A DNA stretch of 64,000 nucleotides, from the NCBI RefSeq assembly GCF_002087085.1, contig NZ_MWQY01000001.1:186001-250000 (forward strand), read 5' to 3'. Below, one piece after another: positions 39,844 to 49,631 of this stretch. Numbering within the stretch: position 1 is the stretch's first letter; each line of letters begins with the position of its first letter. The position numbers and the translations under genes are program-made. Below the pieces are notes generated by a model that did no database searches, was not told the origin of the DNA, and was given only the letters and a program-made list of their open reading frames with translations.

Positions 39844-40935
39844 ATGCAACAGAATAACTATTTACAGCTCAATAATCTGGTTAAGGATTTTCATGACGGC
39901 AGAGGCAATGTTGTTCGTGCCGTGGATAATATCTCTCTCTCGATTTCCAAGGGTGAGTTTGTAACCCTTCTTGGTCCTTCGGGTTGCGGGAAGACAACGA
40001 CCCTGCGCATGGTTGCAGGCTTTGAAGTACAGACCGCCGGAGACATAATCCTGAACGATAAAAAGATCAATAATGTCCCGGCTTTTGACCGCAATATGCC
40101 CATGGTGTTTCAGAGTTATGCTCTGTTTCCTCATCTCACCATTTTTGAAAATATTGCTTACGGGCTTCGGATCCGAAAAATGCCGAAGGACACTATCCGC
40201 AATGATGTGGCTATGGCCGCACAGATGGTGAACCTGGTGGGACTGGAGAACCGCTATCCCGGAGAACTTTCCGGAGGACAGCAGCAGCGGGTGGCTCTGG
40301 CCCGGGCCCTGGTGCTCAAACCGGAGATTATTCTATTTGATGAACCTCTCTCCAACCTTGACGCCAAACTCAGGATTCAGACGCGAACGGAAATCAAGCG
40401 GGTACAGCAGCTGCTCGGCATAACGGCACTGTATGTTACCCACGATCAGAGCGAAGCCCTCAGCATCAGCGACACTATCGTTATCATGCATAACGGAAAA
40501 ATTGTACAAAGCGGAAGTCCGGAGGATATCTACAATCATCCTGCGGATCCCTTCGTCTCGGATTTTATCGGTAACGCCAACTTCTTCGAGGGAAAAATAA
40601 CTGAACTGGATAAGAGCTTTGTAACTGTCTCGCTTCTGGGCTCGGAGGTCAGGATCCCCACTGCAAACGCTCAGGAAGGGCTGAATACCGGGGATGAGGT
40701 CATGCTGGCTATTAAACCCGAGGCTGTGGAGGTCCAGCCTGATACCGGACAATTTACCGGCAAAATAGAGGTGAGCAGTTTCCTTGGCGCAACTACGGAA
40801 TACAAGGTAGAATACTCGGATGGATTTCTTACAGCGATTCATCCCAATACCCATGGAGAGGTACACAACTTCCGGTTTGGACAGGATGTCCACTTTTCTT
40901 TCAAGACCGATTTCTTTAAGGTGTACAAGCGTTGA
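39844..40935 (+). CDS. ABC ATP-binding protein (FbpC/PotA-like, TOBE)
   Basis: GPSGCGKTT, LSGGQQQRVALAR and DEPLSNLDA. Confidence 0.93.
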   Translation: MQQNNYLQLNNLVKDFHDGRGNVVRAVDNISLSISKGEFVTLLGPSGCGKTTTLRMVAGFEVQTAGDIILNDKKINNVPAFDRNMPMVFQSYALFPHLTIFENIAYGLRIRKMPKDTIRNDVAMAAQMVNLVGLENRYPGELSGGQQQRVALARALVLKPEIILFDEPLSNLDAKLRIQTRTEIKRVQQLLGITALYVTHDQSEALSISDTIVIMHNGKIVQSGSPEDIYNHPADPFVSDFIGNANFFEGKITELDKSFVTVSLLGSEVRIPTANAQEGLNTGDEVMLAIKPEAVEVQPDTGQFTGKIEVSSFLGATTEYKVEYSDGFLTAIHPNTHGEVHNFRFGQDVHFSFKTDFFKVYKR

Positions 40936-40977
40936 TGCGGATGTCTCCGAAAAGAGTTATGGTGGGAAGATAAAGAT

Positions 40978-42450
40978 ATGACCGATTTTGGCTCTCTGGT
41001 TCGGGCTCACGGAAAAACGCAGCTGGAGATCAAGAACCGCTATCCTCTTCCAACGGAAAAAAACCGGGTTTCTTACAGCATCGATGCCTTTATGTTCACG
41101 CCGGCACAGCTCGGAATAAACGATGAACGTTTCAGCGTTGACCAGTTCTTTTCCGATGTTAAGAGTCATACGCGTTTTTCAATTTCCTACGTGCCTCTGG
41201 CCCGGCTGGTTGACCCCGGCTGTTCAATCAGTCCCCTGACGAGAATAAGGAACTACCTTGATACAGCTACGTTCTCTGCCGACATGAGCGAGCATCGCGT
41301 TCTCTATGAGCTGAGGACCCTGGCCAATCTTTTTTCCGCGGAAATGAAGGCGACCTACAGGCTCCTCAGTGATATTGCCTCTGCCGGAATCAGTCAGCAT
41401 CTGGTAAAAAAGACAGAAAAGTTTCTCGATGAAGCATCCGTCTTTTTGCAGCAGTTCCGGGAATTCCATTCCAGGTTCATGGAGCCTTCCATAAATTCCC
41501 GCATACGAACGGCGATGCGCTGGAGTGATGAGTCCATAAGCCTTTCGGCGGAAAAAATGCTGTTTTACCTTCACCGGGTTTTTGACGGACACAAGATTCA
41601 ATCTGTAATAGAAAATATGATGAAAGCGGAGAATCAGCACCGTCGGGAGATGAAATACCCTTCAGTCCTGAAGAATAAAAACGACAGCGAGATTGAGCGT
41701 ATTCTGTACCGGGAGAGCATTCTGAAAAAGTGGGCTCAGACGGTTCTCTATATGTCCAGCGAAGAAACGGGTACCAACCGGAAGATCGGTCATATTCTGG
41801 CGGGGGTTGCAGCAGCGGCTGCCATGACTTTCGCCATTGTTGCGACTTTCTTCGCCGAGCGGCTCTTCGCCAGTTACAGTATTCCCTGGGCAATGATCAT
41901 AGTCGTCAGCTATATGCTGAAAGACCGTATCAAGGAAATCCTCAGGGGAATCCTGCTGCGAATAATGCCGCGCTTTATTTCAGATCGCACCGAGAAACTG
42001 GTGGATCAGATCCTGCAGAAAAACGTGGGCAAGACAAAAAGTATGGTACGCCTTGTTCAGCTGAAGGAAACACCCCGCAGTGTTCAGGCGGTTCGAAATG
42101 CAGGGGCGAATCCCTTCCAGACCATACTGCCCCCGGAAAACATAATCCACTTTCGCAAGGACATAAGCATAAAAAGCGGGAAGCTGATGAAGGAGCATTC
42201 CCGGATCGAAGCTGTTACAGAAATCATTCGTGTAAAAATGGATCGATTTCTTGAGGAAATGGACGACGCCAAGAAGCTGCTGCGAACCTGGAAAGACGGC
42301 AGAATATCAGCAGTCAAGGGTAAGCGGGTATATCATATTAACCTTGTGCTGCGGCTTGTCTCCAGCGAAGATGAGGAGCAGTTATCCAGATATCGGCTGG
42401 TGGTTAACAGGCAGGGGATTCAGCGGATAGAAGAGGTGGTTTCCAGGTAA
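40978..42450 (+). CDS. Hypothetical protein with a central TM hairpin
   Basis: 490-aa ORF; hydrophobic segments ILAGVAAAAAMTFAIVATFF and IPWAMIIVVSYML. Confidence 0.78.
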   Translation: MTDFGSLVRAHGKTQLEIKNRYPLPTEKNRVSYSIDAFMFTPAQLGINDERFSVDQFFSDVKSHTRFSISYVPLARLVDPGCSISPLTRIRNYLDTATFSADMSEHRVLYELRTLANLFSAEMKATYRLLSDIASAGISQHLVKKTEKFLDEASVFLQQFREFHSRFMEPSINSRIRTAMRWSDESISLSAEKMLFYLHRVFDGHKIQSVIENMMKAENQHRREMKYPSVLKNKNDSEIERILYRESILKKWAQTVLYMSSEETGTNRKIGHILAGVAAAAAMTFAIVATFFAERLFASYSIPWAMIIVVSYMLKDRIKEILRGILLRIMPRFISDRTEKLVDQILQKNVGKTKSMVRLVQLKETPRSVQAVRNAGANPFQTILPPENIIHFRKDISIKSGKLMKEHSRIEAVTEIIRVKMDRFLEEMDDAKKLLRTWKDGRISAVKGKRVYHINLVLRLVSSEDEEQLSRYRLVVNRQGIQRIEEVVSR

Positions 42451-42495
42451 TAAGACAGGAAAAGGCCTTTCTATATGATTTTTCTGAGCACCTTT

Positions 42496-43293
42496 CTACT
42501 CATACCACTGTGGTGCTTTTTTCAGGCCTTCGAAGAATCCCTGGTGGTGGGGGAAGATAACCTCTGCATTATAGCGGTTTTTCAGGATCCTGACTTTTTC
42601 TATTGAATCGAAATACGCCTGCATATCATGGACAATCCCCGAGGCTTTACCTGTGGGCTCAAAATTATCCGGGGTGTATATGCTGTCCTGGGGGAATATC
42701 AGGACCCGGTTCTTTAAATGAAGGATCAGTCCCAGCACCTCCGGGGCATGCCCGGGGAGGGATATCAGCTCCACTCCTTCCATTATTGAAAACTCCGATT
42801 CCACCAGATGGAGTCGGTCCGTGGAAAAGTGAAAATCCTCAGCAATGTAGGCCCCGTGTTTTCTGATATCCGGATCAGAAATAAGGGTCTTGCCGTATTC
42901 ATAGTCCTTTCTGCCAACATATATGTCCGCATTGGGAAAGAGACGAATGTTACCCGCATGGTCCAGGTGCATATGAGATATAAGCAGGGTGGAAATATCT
43001 TCGGGTCGGGTATTGCACAAAGACAGCTGATGCAGCAGATCCTGTTCAGGGGATATGGATACGGGAAAAGACCTGCGCAGATGTTCCGGCCAGTAGCCTT
43101 CCATGGCCCTCTTGTTGCAGCCTGTGTCGAAGAGAAGGGTACCGCTCTCGTGCTGTATCAGTACGGCGAATACCGGAACGGGAATCCGCACTGTCTCCTC
43201 TTCGGGCCTGGCTCTGTAGGTCCGACCTTTTTCAATGACAAACATATCCCTGTCGCAGTGCAGGGTTCCTGTATCAAGTATAAATACCTTCAT
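42496..43293 (-). CDS. N-acyl-homoserine lactonase family MBL hydrolase (AiiA-like)
   Basis: LFDTG, SHMHLDHAG, PGH, DSIY and FPHH ligand set. Confidence 0.82.
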   Translation of the reverse strand: MKVFILDTGTLHCDRDMFVIEKGRTYRARPEEETVRIPVPVFAVLIQHESGTLLFDTGCNKRAMEGYWPEHLRRSFPVSISPEQDLLHQLSLCNTRPEDISTLLISHMHLDHAGNIRLFPNADIYVGRKDYEYGKTLISDPDIRKHGAYIAEDFHFSTDRLHLVESEFSIMEGVELISLPGHAPEVLGLILHLKNRVLIFPQDSIYTPDNFEPTGKASGIVHDMQAYFDSIEKVRILKNRYNAEVIFPHHQGFFEGLKKAPQWYE

Positions 43294-43422
43294 TTCAGCT
43301 CAACCTTGTGTGCAATTTGTGTTCATCATAATATCGGATATCCCGGACTGCAAGACACAATAAGCTTGAATATGCGCTGCTTGTTGTTTAGGATATAGAC
43401 CGGAGGACAGGTATAACATCCT

Positions 43423-44541
43423 ATGGATCTTTCCGTGCACCCGTGTAAAACAGAGGATATTCGCGTTACGCCTGTACTGCAGCAGACGGCTTACTGGTCC
43501 GAGGTGAAAAAGCTTCAGGGGGTATCCTCCGCCGCTTTCAGTGTCTCGGTGACTTCAGATGAACTGACAGTTACCGCGGCCACCGGCGATTCGTCAGAGG
43601 ATCTGCTGGTACTGTTTCAGGAGATCGGTGACGGGCTTTCCATTGCGTATGTCCCCTATGGACCTGAGCTCGATCCGGGACCGGAGAATTTCGGCCCTTT
43701 CCTGGAGGAGTTATCGGAGACTTTACGGGGGTTTCTGCCTGCAGGCTGCATTCTGATCCGTTATGATCTGCTGTGGAGATCTCCCTGGTCAGAGGAGGAC
43801 GATCGTTTTGACGAGAACGGCAACTGGCTCGGCCCTCCTGAACAGCGAAGTCAGGAGATCAGGATCAATTTCCCTACCCATAACTGGAATCTCCGAAAAG
43901 CCGGATCCAATATCCTTCCGGCGGATACGGTATTCATCGATCTGTCCAGGTCTGAAGATGAGCTGCTCGACCGCATGCGGGCCAAAACCAGGTATAATGT
44001 CCGTCTTGCTCAAAGGCGGGGGGTTGAGGTCATTTCCGCCGACAGAACCCGGCTCGATACCTGGTATGATCTGTACCGGGAAACCTGCAGCAGAAACGGA
44101 ATCAATCTTCACGGGAGATTTTTTTTCCGCGCCGTTGCAGATGCAGCGACGGCTTTTGATGATAATTCCGCGGATATGGAGCTCCTTGTTGCCAGAGCAG
44201 ACGGTGAAGATCTGGCCGCAATGTTTCTTGTAAGCACCGGTAAACGGGCTACCTACCTCTTCGGTGCCTCGGCAACGAAAAAAAGAAACCTGATGCCCAC
44301 CTATGCCCTCCAGTGGGAAGCAATACAGCGGGCAAAACACAAGGGCTGCAGGGAATACGATATGTTCGGCGTCTCGCCTTCTGCCGACAAAGCTCACCCC
44401 ATGTACGGCCTCTACCGCTTCAAGACGGGATTCGGCGGATATATCTTTCACCGCATGGGGTGCTGGGATTATCCTCTTGATCCCGCGGTATATGATCAGT
44501 TACGCACTCTTGAGATGAACAGCACCGGGTATCACGTGTAA
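43423..44541 (+). CDS. FemAB/FemX family peptidoglycan bridge aminoacyl transferase
   Basis: LQQTAYW, YVPYGP, KTRYNVRLA, YLFGAS, YDMFG and GLYRFKTGFGG. Confidence 0.9.
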   Translation: MDLSVHPCKTEDIRVTPVLQQTAYWSEVKKLQGVSSAAFSVSVTSDELTVTAATGDSSEDLLVLFQEIGDGLSIAYVPYGPELDPGPENFGPFLEELSETLRGFLPAGCILIRYDLLWRSPWSEEDDRFDENGNWLGPPEQRSQEIRINFPTHNWNLRKAGSNILPADTVFIDLSRSEDELLDRMRAKTRYNVRLAQRRGVEVISADRTRLDTWYDLYRETCSRNGINLHGRFFFRAVADAATAFDDNSADMELLVARADGEDLAAMFLVSTGKRATYLFGASATKKRNLMPTYALQWEAIQRAKHKGCREYDMFGVSPSADKAHPMYGLYRFKTGFGGYIFHRMGCWDYPLDPAVYDQLRTLEMNSTGYHV

Positions 44542-44576
44542 ATCATTATTCATAAATAACCTGTAGGAGTTTCTTT

Positions 44577-45668
44577 ATGCCTGTACGGGATTCTGTTTTA
44601 GAGAAAAAATTGTCCCGCTTTCGGGATTTCTGGGACCGCAAGCCTGTTAAGCGTCCCATTATCGGTATAGACATAGGCGGCTGGTTTCCTTTTCAACGTT
44701 TTTCTTCCCTGAGCAGAATTGCCGACGGCGCGCAGATCTCCCCGGAACAGCTTTCAAGCGGAGAATGTCTTTCTGACTACGAGGAGTTTTTCCAGCGGTC
44801 CCTGGCGACGGAGGATGACCTGATAAAAGGGGCTGCGCCGATCTCCGCCATACCCTGGATGGAGGGGGTACTTGGCGCACGCCTTCGGCGTAACCGGGAC
44901 AGTGTGTGGGCCGATGAACGGCGGCTGAGCTGGGACGACATCTTCTCCTTTGAGCTGACGGATGATAACCCCTGGCTTCGCAGGTATCTTAGCTTTGTTC
45001 AGGATCTGTCTGAACAGGGCAGGGGACGGTATCCGGTGGGGCTTCCTATTCTGCGGGGAACGGCGGATCTTTTCGGAATGCTCCGCGGGCACAGCGAGGC
45101 CCTGATCGACTGCATTGAAGAGCCGGAACTTTCCAGGAAGGCTTGCGCAGTCTGTGCCGATGCCCTGACAGGGCTTGTTCGGCAGCATCACGGTACCGCG
45201 GGGGATTTTTTCGGAGGATACTATATCGAGCAGTACGGAATCTGGGCCCCGGGACCCTTCGTCCGTCTCCAGGAGGATGAGTCCGCCGTCTATTCTCCCG
45301 ATCTTTATGTCCGGATAATACAGGATTTTGACCGGAAGATCGCCGCTTCTTTTCCTTACAGTCTTATCCACCTGCATTCTGCAAGCCTCTTTCTGCTCGA
45401 ACATTTTCTCGATGTTAAGGAAATCGATGTGTTCGAGATCAACAAGGATATCTGTGAAATGGACCTGCCCCGGATGATGCCCTATCTTAAGCGCATACAG
45501 GAAGCAGGGCGCCTGCTGTATATCCGCGGTCCCTTGACCCGGGATGATTACCGGCTTATAAGCCGTGAGCTTTCTCCTGAGGGACTGGTACTGCAGACGG
45601 TCGTTCAGAACCTGGAGGAGGCCCGGGAGGTCCATGAAGCCCTGAACGGAATATACCCGGGCCGATGA
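44577..45668 (+). CDS. Uroporphyrinogen decarboxylase/cobalamin methyltransferase-like barrel protein
   Basis: LRGTADLFGMLRG, LQEDESAVYSPDLY and SLIHLH pattern. Confidence 0.6.
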   Translation: MPVRDSVLEKKLSRFRDFWDRKPVKRPIIGIDIGGWFPFQRFSSLSRIADGAQISPEQLSSGECLSDYEEFFQRSLATEDDLIKGAAPISAIPWMEGVLGARLRRNRDSVWADERRLSWDDIFSFELTDDNPWLRRYLSFVQDLSEQGRGRYPVGLPILRGTADLFGMLRGHSEALIDCIEEPELSRKACAVCADALTGLVRQHHGTAGDFFGGYYIEQYGIWAPGPFVRLQEDESAVYSPDLYVRIIQDFDRKIAASFPYSLIHLHSASLFLLEHFLDVKEIDVFEINKDICEMDLPRMMPYLKRIQEAGRLLYIRGPLTRDDYRLISRELSPEGLVLQTVVQNLEEAREVHEALNGIYPGR

Positions 45669-45684
45669 TGGTGCCGGATTCTGT

Positions 45685-46779
45685 ATGATGAACAGCGTTT
45701 CCAGAACTGCGCCGTTTTTTCTGTTGTCTCTCTTCCTGGTGCTTTTTTCCCGTCCCGATCCGGTTTTTGCCCATGGTCCGTTGCGGGGAAAACTCCTGGA
45801 TGTTCCGCACCAGATCTACTATGGCTTTCCCGGGTTTTCAGCTTCCCAGGGCCTGGACCGGTCTGTGCATGCCCGGGGGCAGGTTTATTACCTGAACGAA
45901 TTTCGGGGGTATGCCTTTGATCCGGATGAGGAAAGCCTCGATGAAGAGGGCAGGTTTTCAGATCCCGATCGCGCCAGGGAGCTCACGGCAATGGATTTTG
46001 AAGCCCTGGTTCTGGACAGCACACTCAGTTTTCCCTTCGGGCGGGCACACAGAATGGGAATAAGCCTCCGTTTCTACAGTTATTATGGAGGTTTTCTTGA
46101 TCCCGCCATAGAGGGCTTTCATTCCGCTTTTAATCTGCCCAATGCCTCCAGGGAGTATTTTCCTCAAGGGAAAACCGCTGTGTCCATCGATAATGACAAT
46201 GGGCTTACAATTGATCTGGAGAGGCCCGGAATACTTCCCGGGGACATGGAAATTTTCGGTATCTGGACCTTTTCAGAAACCCGGCGGACAGTCTGGGGAC
46301 TGGCCTGGGCTGTGGAACTCCCCACGGGGAAAAAGGGGACTCCCGGGGGAAACGGCCATACTGATCTGGGAGCACAGCTGCTGTTTGAGCATCTTTTGGG
46401 GGAATCCTTTGTCCTGCATCTGCAGCAGGGTTTTGTTGTTCCCGGAGAACTGATCTTCGGAGCCGGCGGTGAAGCGAAACCCCTGCTTATCAGTCAGTCC
46501 CTCGCTGGTCTGGAATGGTTATGTTCCGATGCCTGGAGTCTGCTGGGGCAGATAAGGATACATACATCTCCCCTTACCTCCCGGGCGCCCCTGAATCACT
46601 CCCTCTTTCCAGGCGCGGATCAGTTTGAAATGCCTGTAACAGCCCTGCAGACGGGCTTTCGCCGAAGCTATGATTCCTGGAGTCTGCAGGTATACCTTGA
46701 GCAGGATTTCCTTACCCATGAAGGACCGGATATCCTGCTCAGTGTTGCAGCGGACTGGAGAATCGGCAGCCGGAACTGA
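45685..46779 (+). CDS. DUF3187-like exported beta-barrel protein
   Basis: Signal peptide; GGFLDPAIEGFHSAFNLPN and ELPTG...GNGHTD; terminal amphipathic strand. Confidence 0.7.
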   Translation: MMNSVSRTAPFFLLSLFLVLFSRPDPVFAHGPLRGKLLDVPHQIYYGFPGFSASQGLDRSVHARGQVYYLNEFRGYAFDPDEESLDEEGRFSDPDRARELTAMDFEALVLDSTLSFPFGRAHRMGISLRFYSYYGGFLDPAIEGFHSAFNLPNASREYFPQGKTAVSIDNDNGLTIDLERPGILPGDMEIFGIWTFSETRRTVWGLAWAVELPTGKKGTPGGNGHTDLGAQLLFEHLLGESFVLHLQQGFVVPGELIFGAGGEAKPLLISQSLAGLEWLCSDAWSLLGQIRIHTSPLTSRAPLNHSLFPGADQFEMPVTALQTGFRRSYDSWSLQVYLEQDFLTHEGPDILLSVAADWRIGSRN

Positions 46780-46803
46780 AGAGCCCGGCAGACGGGGTTC
46801 AGC

Positions 46804-48441
46804 TTAAATTACCAGGCTGAGATGCTTGTGGTAGAGCTTGTCACGATGGGCCCGTACATCCTCGGAAGCCAGGTAATCATCAAGACGCATTCTTCGGTCT
46901 ATTATTCCCCCCGGGGTAAACTCGATTATTCTGTTTGCCACGGTATCGACAAACTGGTGGTCATGGCTGGTAAACAGAATGGCCTCGCTGAACTCCATAA
47001 GACCGTTGTTCAGGGCGCTGATGGATTCAAGATCAAGGTGGTTTGTCGGTTCATCGAAAATAAGAAAGTTCGCACCGGAGAGCATCATTTTTGACAGCAT
47101 GCAGCGGACCTTCTCGCCTCCGGAGAGTACCTTGACCGATTTGAGGGATTCTTCGCCGGAAAAAAGCATACGCCCCAGAAATCCGCGGACGTAACTCTCT
47201 TCTTCCTCTGCATCGGTGTACTGTCGCAGCCAGTCAACCAGGGACATGTCGGAGGTAAAATATTCGCTGTTGTCCTTGGGAAAATATGCGGGGGTTATGG
47301 TAACTCCCCAGTCAAAGCTTCCTGAATCGGGCTCCATGCGTCCCATGAGGATCTCAAAAAGGACCGTTTTTGCCTGGTGGAAGGGACCGACAAAGGCAAT
47401 CTTGTCACCTTTGTCGATGGTAAAGCTTATATCCTTCAGCAGGACTTCCCCGTCAAGGCTTTTTGTAATGCCCTCCACGCTGAGTATGCTCTTTCCGCTT
47501 TCCCGGCCTGGATCGAAACTGATATAGGGAAACCTTCGGGAGGTCGGCTTGATGTCGTCGATAGTCAGTTTATCGATGAGCTTTTTCCTTGCCGTCGCCT
47601 GCCGGGCCTTTGATGCGTTGGAACTGAAGCGCTGGATAAACTCCTTCAGTTCTGAGATCTTGTCCTCCCTGCGCTTCTTCTCATCCTTCATCTGCTTGTT
47701 GGCAAGCTGGCTTGCCATGTACCAGAAGTCGTAGTTGCCCACGTAGAGGGTGATCTTGCTGAAGTCGATATCCGCTATGTGCGTACAGACCCTGTTGAGA
47801 AAGTGTCTGTCGTGGGATACGACGATGACGGTATTCTTGAAATTGTAGAGAAAGTCCTCAAGCCAGCTGATTGATTCCAGGTCGAGGTTGTTGGTGGGCT
47901 CGTCCAGAAGCAGAATATCGGGGTCTCCAAAGAGGGCCTGGGCCAGGAGTACCCGTACTTTCTGGGCTCCTTCCAGGTCTTTCATCTTCTTCGCGTGAAA
48001 CTCCTCGGCGATTCCCAGACCGCTCAGAAGCTGGGCCGCTTCGGACTCTGCCTCCCATCCCCCCATTTCGGCAAATTCCCCCTCGAGCTCGGAGGCCCGC
48101 ATACCGTCCTCTTCGCTGAAGTCCTCCTTGGCATAGAGGCTGTCTTTTTCGGACATGATTTCGTAGAGTTTGCGGTGTCCCATGATGACCGTATCAAGTA
48201 CCGCGTACTCATCATAGGCAAACTGGTCCTGCTGGAGTACGGCGATACGTTCCCCCGGGGAGGTGTTTATTTCGCCGGAGTCGGCTTTGATTTCTCCCGA
48301 AAGGATCTTCAGGAAGGTCGATTTTCCCGAGCCGTTGGCGCCTATAACACCGTAGCAGTTGCCGGGGGTGAATTTGATGTTGACGTTTTTGAACAGTACC
48401 CGCTCTCCAAAGGAGAGGCTTATGTCACTTGCGCTTATCAT
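46804..48441 (-). CDS. ABC-F family ATPase (YbiT/YkpA-like)
   Basis: FTPGNCYGVIGANGSGKST, RVLLAQALFGDPD and LSGGEKVR; no TMs. Confidence 0.92.
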   Translation of the reverse strand: MISASDISLSFGERVLFKNVNIKFTPGNCYGVIGANGSGKSTFLKILSGEIKADSGEINTSPGERIAVLQQDQFAYDEYAVLDTVIMGHRKLYEIMSEKDSLYAKEDFSEEDGMRASELEGEFAEMGGWEAESEAAQLLSGLGIAEEFHAKKMKDLEGAQKVRVLLAQALFGDPDILLLDEPTNNLDLESISWLEDFLYNFKNTVIVVSHDRHFLNRVCTHIADIDFSKITLYVGNYDFWYMASQLANKQMKDEKKRREDKISELKEFIQRFSSNASKARQATARKKLIDKLTIDDIKPTSRRFPYISFDPGRESGKSILSVEGITKSLDGEVLLKDISFTIDKGDKIAFVGPFHQAKTVLFEILMGRMEPDSGSFDWGVTITPAYFPKDNSEYFTSDMSLVDWLRQYTDAEEEESYVRGFLGRMLFSGEESLKSVKVLSGGEKVRCMLSKMMLSGANFLIFDEPTNHLDLESISALNNGLMEFSEAILFTSHDHQFVDTVANRIIEFTPGGIIDRRMRLDDYLASEDVRAHRDKLYHKHLSLVI

Positions 48442-48569
48442 AGTGAATATATTCCTTTACCGGTGCGGTTGTTTCTGAAGAGTATATGGGCATCTCCAGG
48501 ATCTGCCCATGCATAATTCCTACCCGAGACGGCTGGAAAGGTCAAGTCCGCAGCTTTAGAAAAAAAATG

Positions 48570-48599
48570 TTGACATATTGGTCCGACCAATGGTATTAT
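48570..48599 (+). promoter_or_regulatory. sigma70 promoter with an embedded GntR/FadR-type operator
   Basis: TTGACA (48570)-18 nt-TATTAT with an extended TG; perfect palindrome ATTGGTC-C-GACCAAT at 48577-48591. Confidence 0.7.
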
Positions 48600-48605
48600 G
48601 ATTCC

Positions 48606-48752
48606 AGGCTATACTGTGGTTTATGCAGTATAGCTCGTTTTTTCTGTTCCTTACGGGGAGCAGGGCGGTTCTACTGGATAAGCTGCCGAAACCAAGCACT
48701 GTCCCATCCGTTCTTGGGGGGGCACGGCGTTGCCGTGTCCCCCTTACTTTTA
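48606..48752 (+). ncRNA. Candidate small RNA of ~145 nt, family unrecognised
   Basis: Lies between the promoter and a GC hairpin with a U-rich tail; contains several stem-loops and no credible ORF. Confidence 0.4.
48716..48752. terminator. GC-rich hairpin terminator at the proW 3' end
   Basis: GGGGG(G)GCACGGC-gtt-GCCGTGTCCCCC followed by TTACTTTT. Confidence 0.7.
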
Positions 48753-49631
48753 TTACTTCTCAGTACTGTTGGTGTAGTCGTTTTTCGCGAAAGAGTGGGT
48801 AAGGCGATCGATGATTATTGCCAGAAGTACAATACTGATGCCTGCTTCAAATCCCCGTCCGACATCTATGCGGTTAATCGAAAGAAGGACCTCCATTCCC
48901 AGTCCCTTGGCTCCGATCATCGAGCCGATTACCACCATTGCAAGGGCCATCATGGTTGTCTGGTTGACGCCGACCATGATCGACGGTTTCGCCAGGGGCA
49001 GCTGCACGTCGAAGAGGACCATACGGGGGGTGGCGCCGAAGGCCAGGGCGGCTTCAACAGCCTCTTTGTCTACTGTTCGTATGCCCACATTTGTCAGTCT
49101 TATTACCGGGGGTACAGCATAGATAATCGTCGCTATTATTGCAGGGACCTTTCCAAGGCCGAAAAACATCAGGGCCGGAATAAGGTACACAAAGGAAGGC
49201 ATTGTCTGCATTCCGTCCAGTATGGGTTTGATGATGGATTCCGCCCTGTCGCTCCGGGCCATGACAATCCCGATGGGAAGTCCGATAAGAAGAGAGAATA
49301 TCACCGCTGCGAAAACGATACTCAAGGTGAGCATTGCCAGCTCCCAGTAACCGAAGGTTCCAATTAAAAACAGCATCAGAGCGAAGGCAAAGCCGTCATA
49401 CCACTTGCCGAGGAATTTCCACCCCGTCAGAAAGACCAGTATGATGATGACAAACCAGGGGACCAGGGTAAAGAGGTTCTCGAAGGCCAGCATAACCTGG
49501 AGTATGATGAATCTGATGATATCAAAAATCTGTTCCATGTTGGTAAGAAGCCAGTTCATGATGGCATCGATCCAGTCTGCCAGGGGGATGGATATTACTT
49601 CCGGGAACTCAATCATGTTTATCTTCCTCAT
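48753..49631 (-). CDS. proW: Glycine betaine/proline ABC permease
   Basis: PILDGMQTMPSFVYLIP and GVNQTTMMALAMVV. Confidence 0.92.
   Translation of the reverse strand: MRKINMIEFPEVISIPLADWIDAIMNWLLTNMEQIFDIIRFIILQVMLAFENLFTLVPWFVIIILVFLTGWKFLGKWYDGFAFALMLFLIGTFGYWELAMLTLSIVFAAVIFSLLIGLPIGIVMARSDRAESIIKPILDGMQTMPSFVYLIPALMFFGLGKVPAIIATIIYAVPPVIRLTNVGIRTVDKEAVEAALAFGATPRMVLFDVQLPLAKPSIMVGVNQTTMMALAMVVIGSMIGAKGLGMEVLLSINRIDVGRGFEAGISIVLLAIIIDRLTHSFAKNDYTNSTEK

Noticed and set aside
48486..49367. 293-aa plus-strand ORF as the target of the 48570 promoter
   Set aside because: Starts upstream of the promoter and is mostly proW antisense; no convincing RBS or domain.
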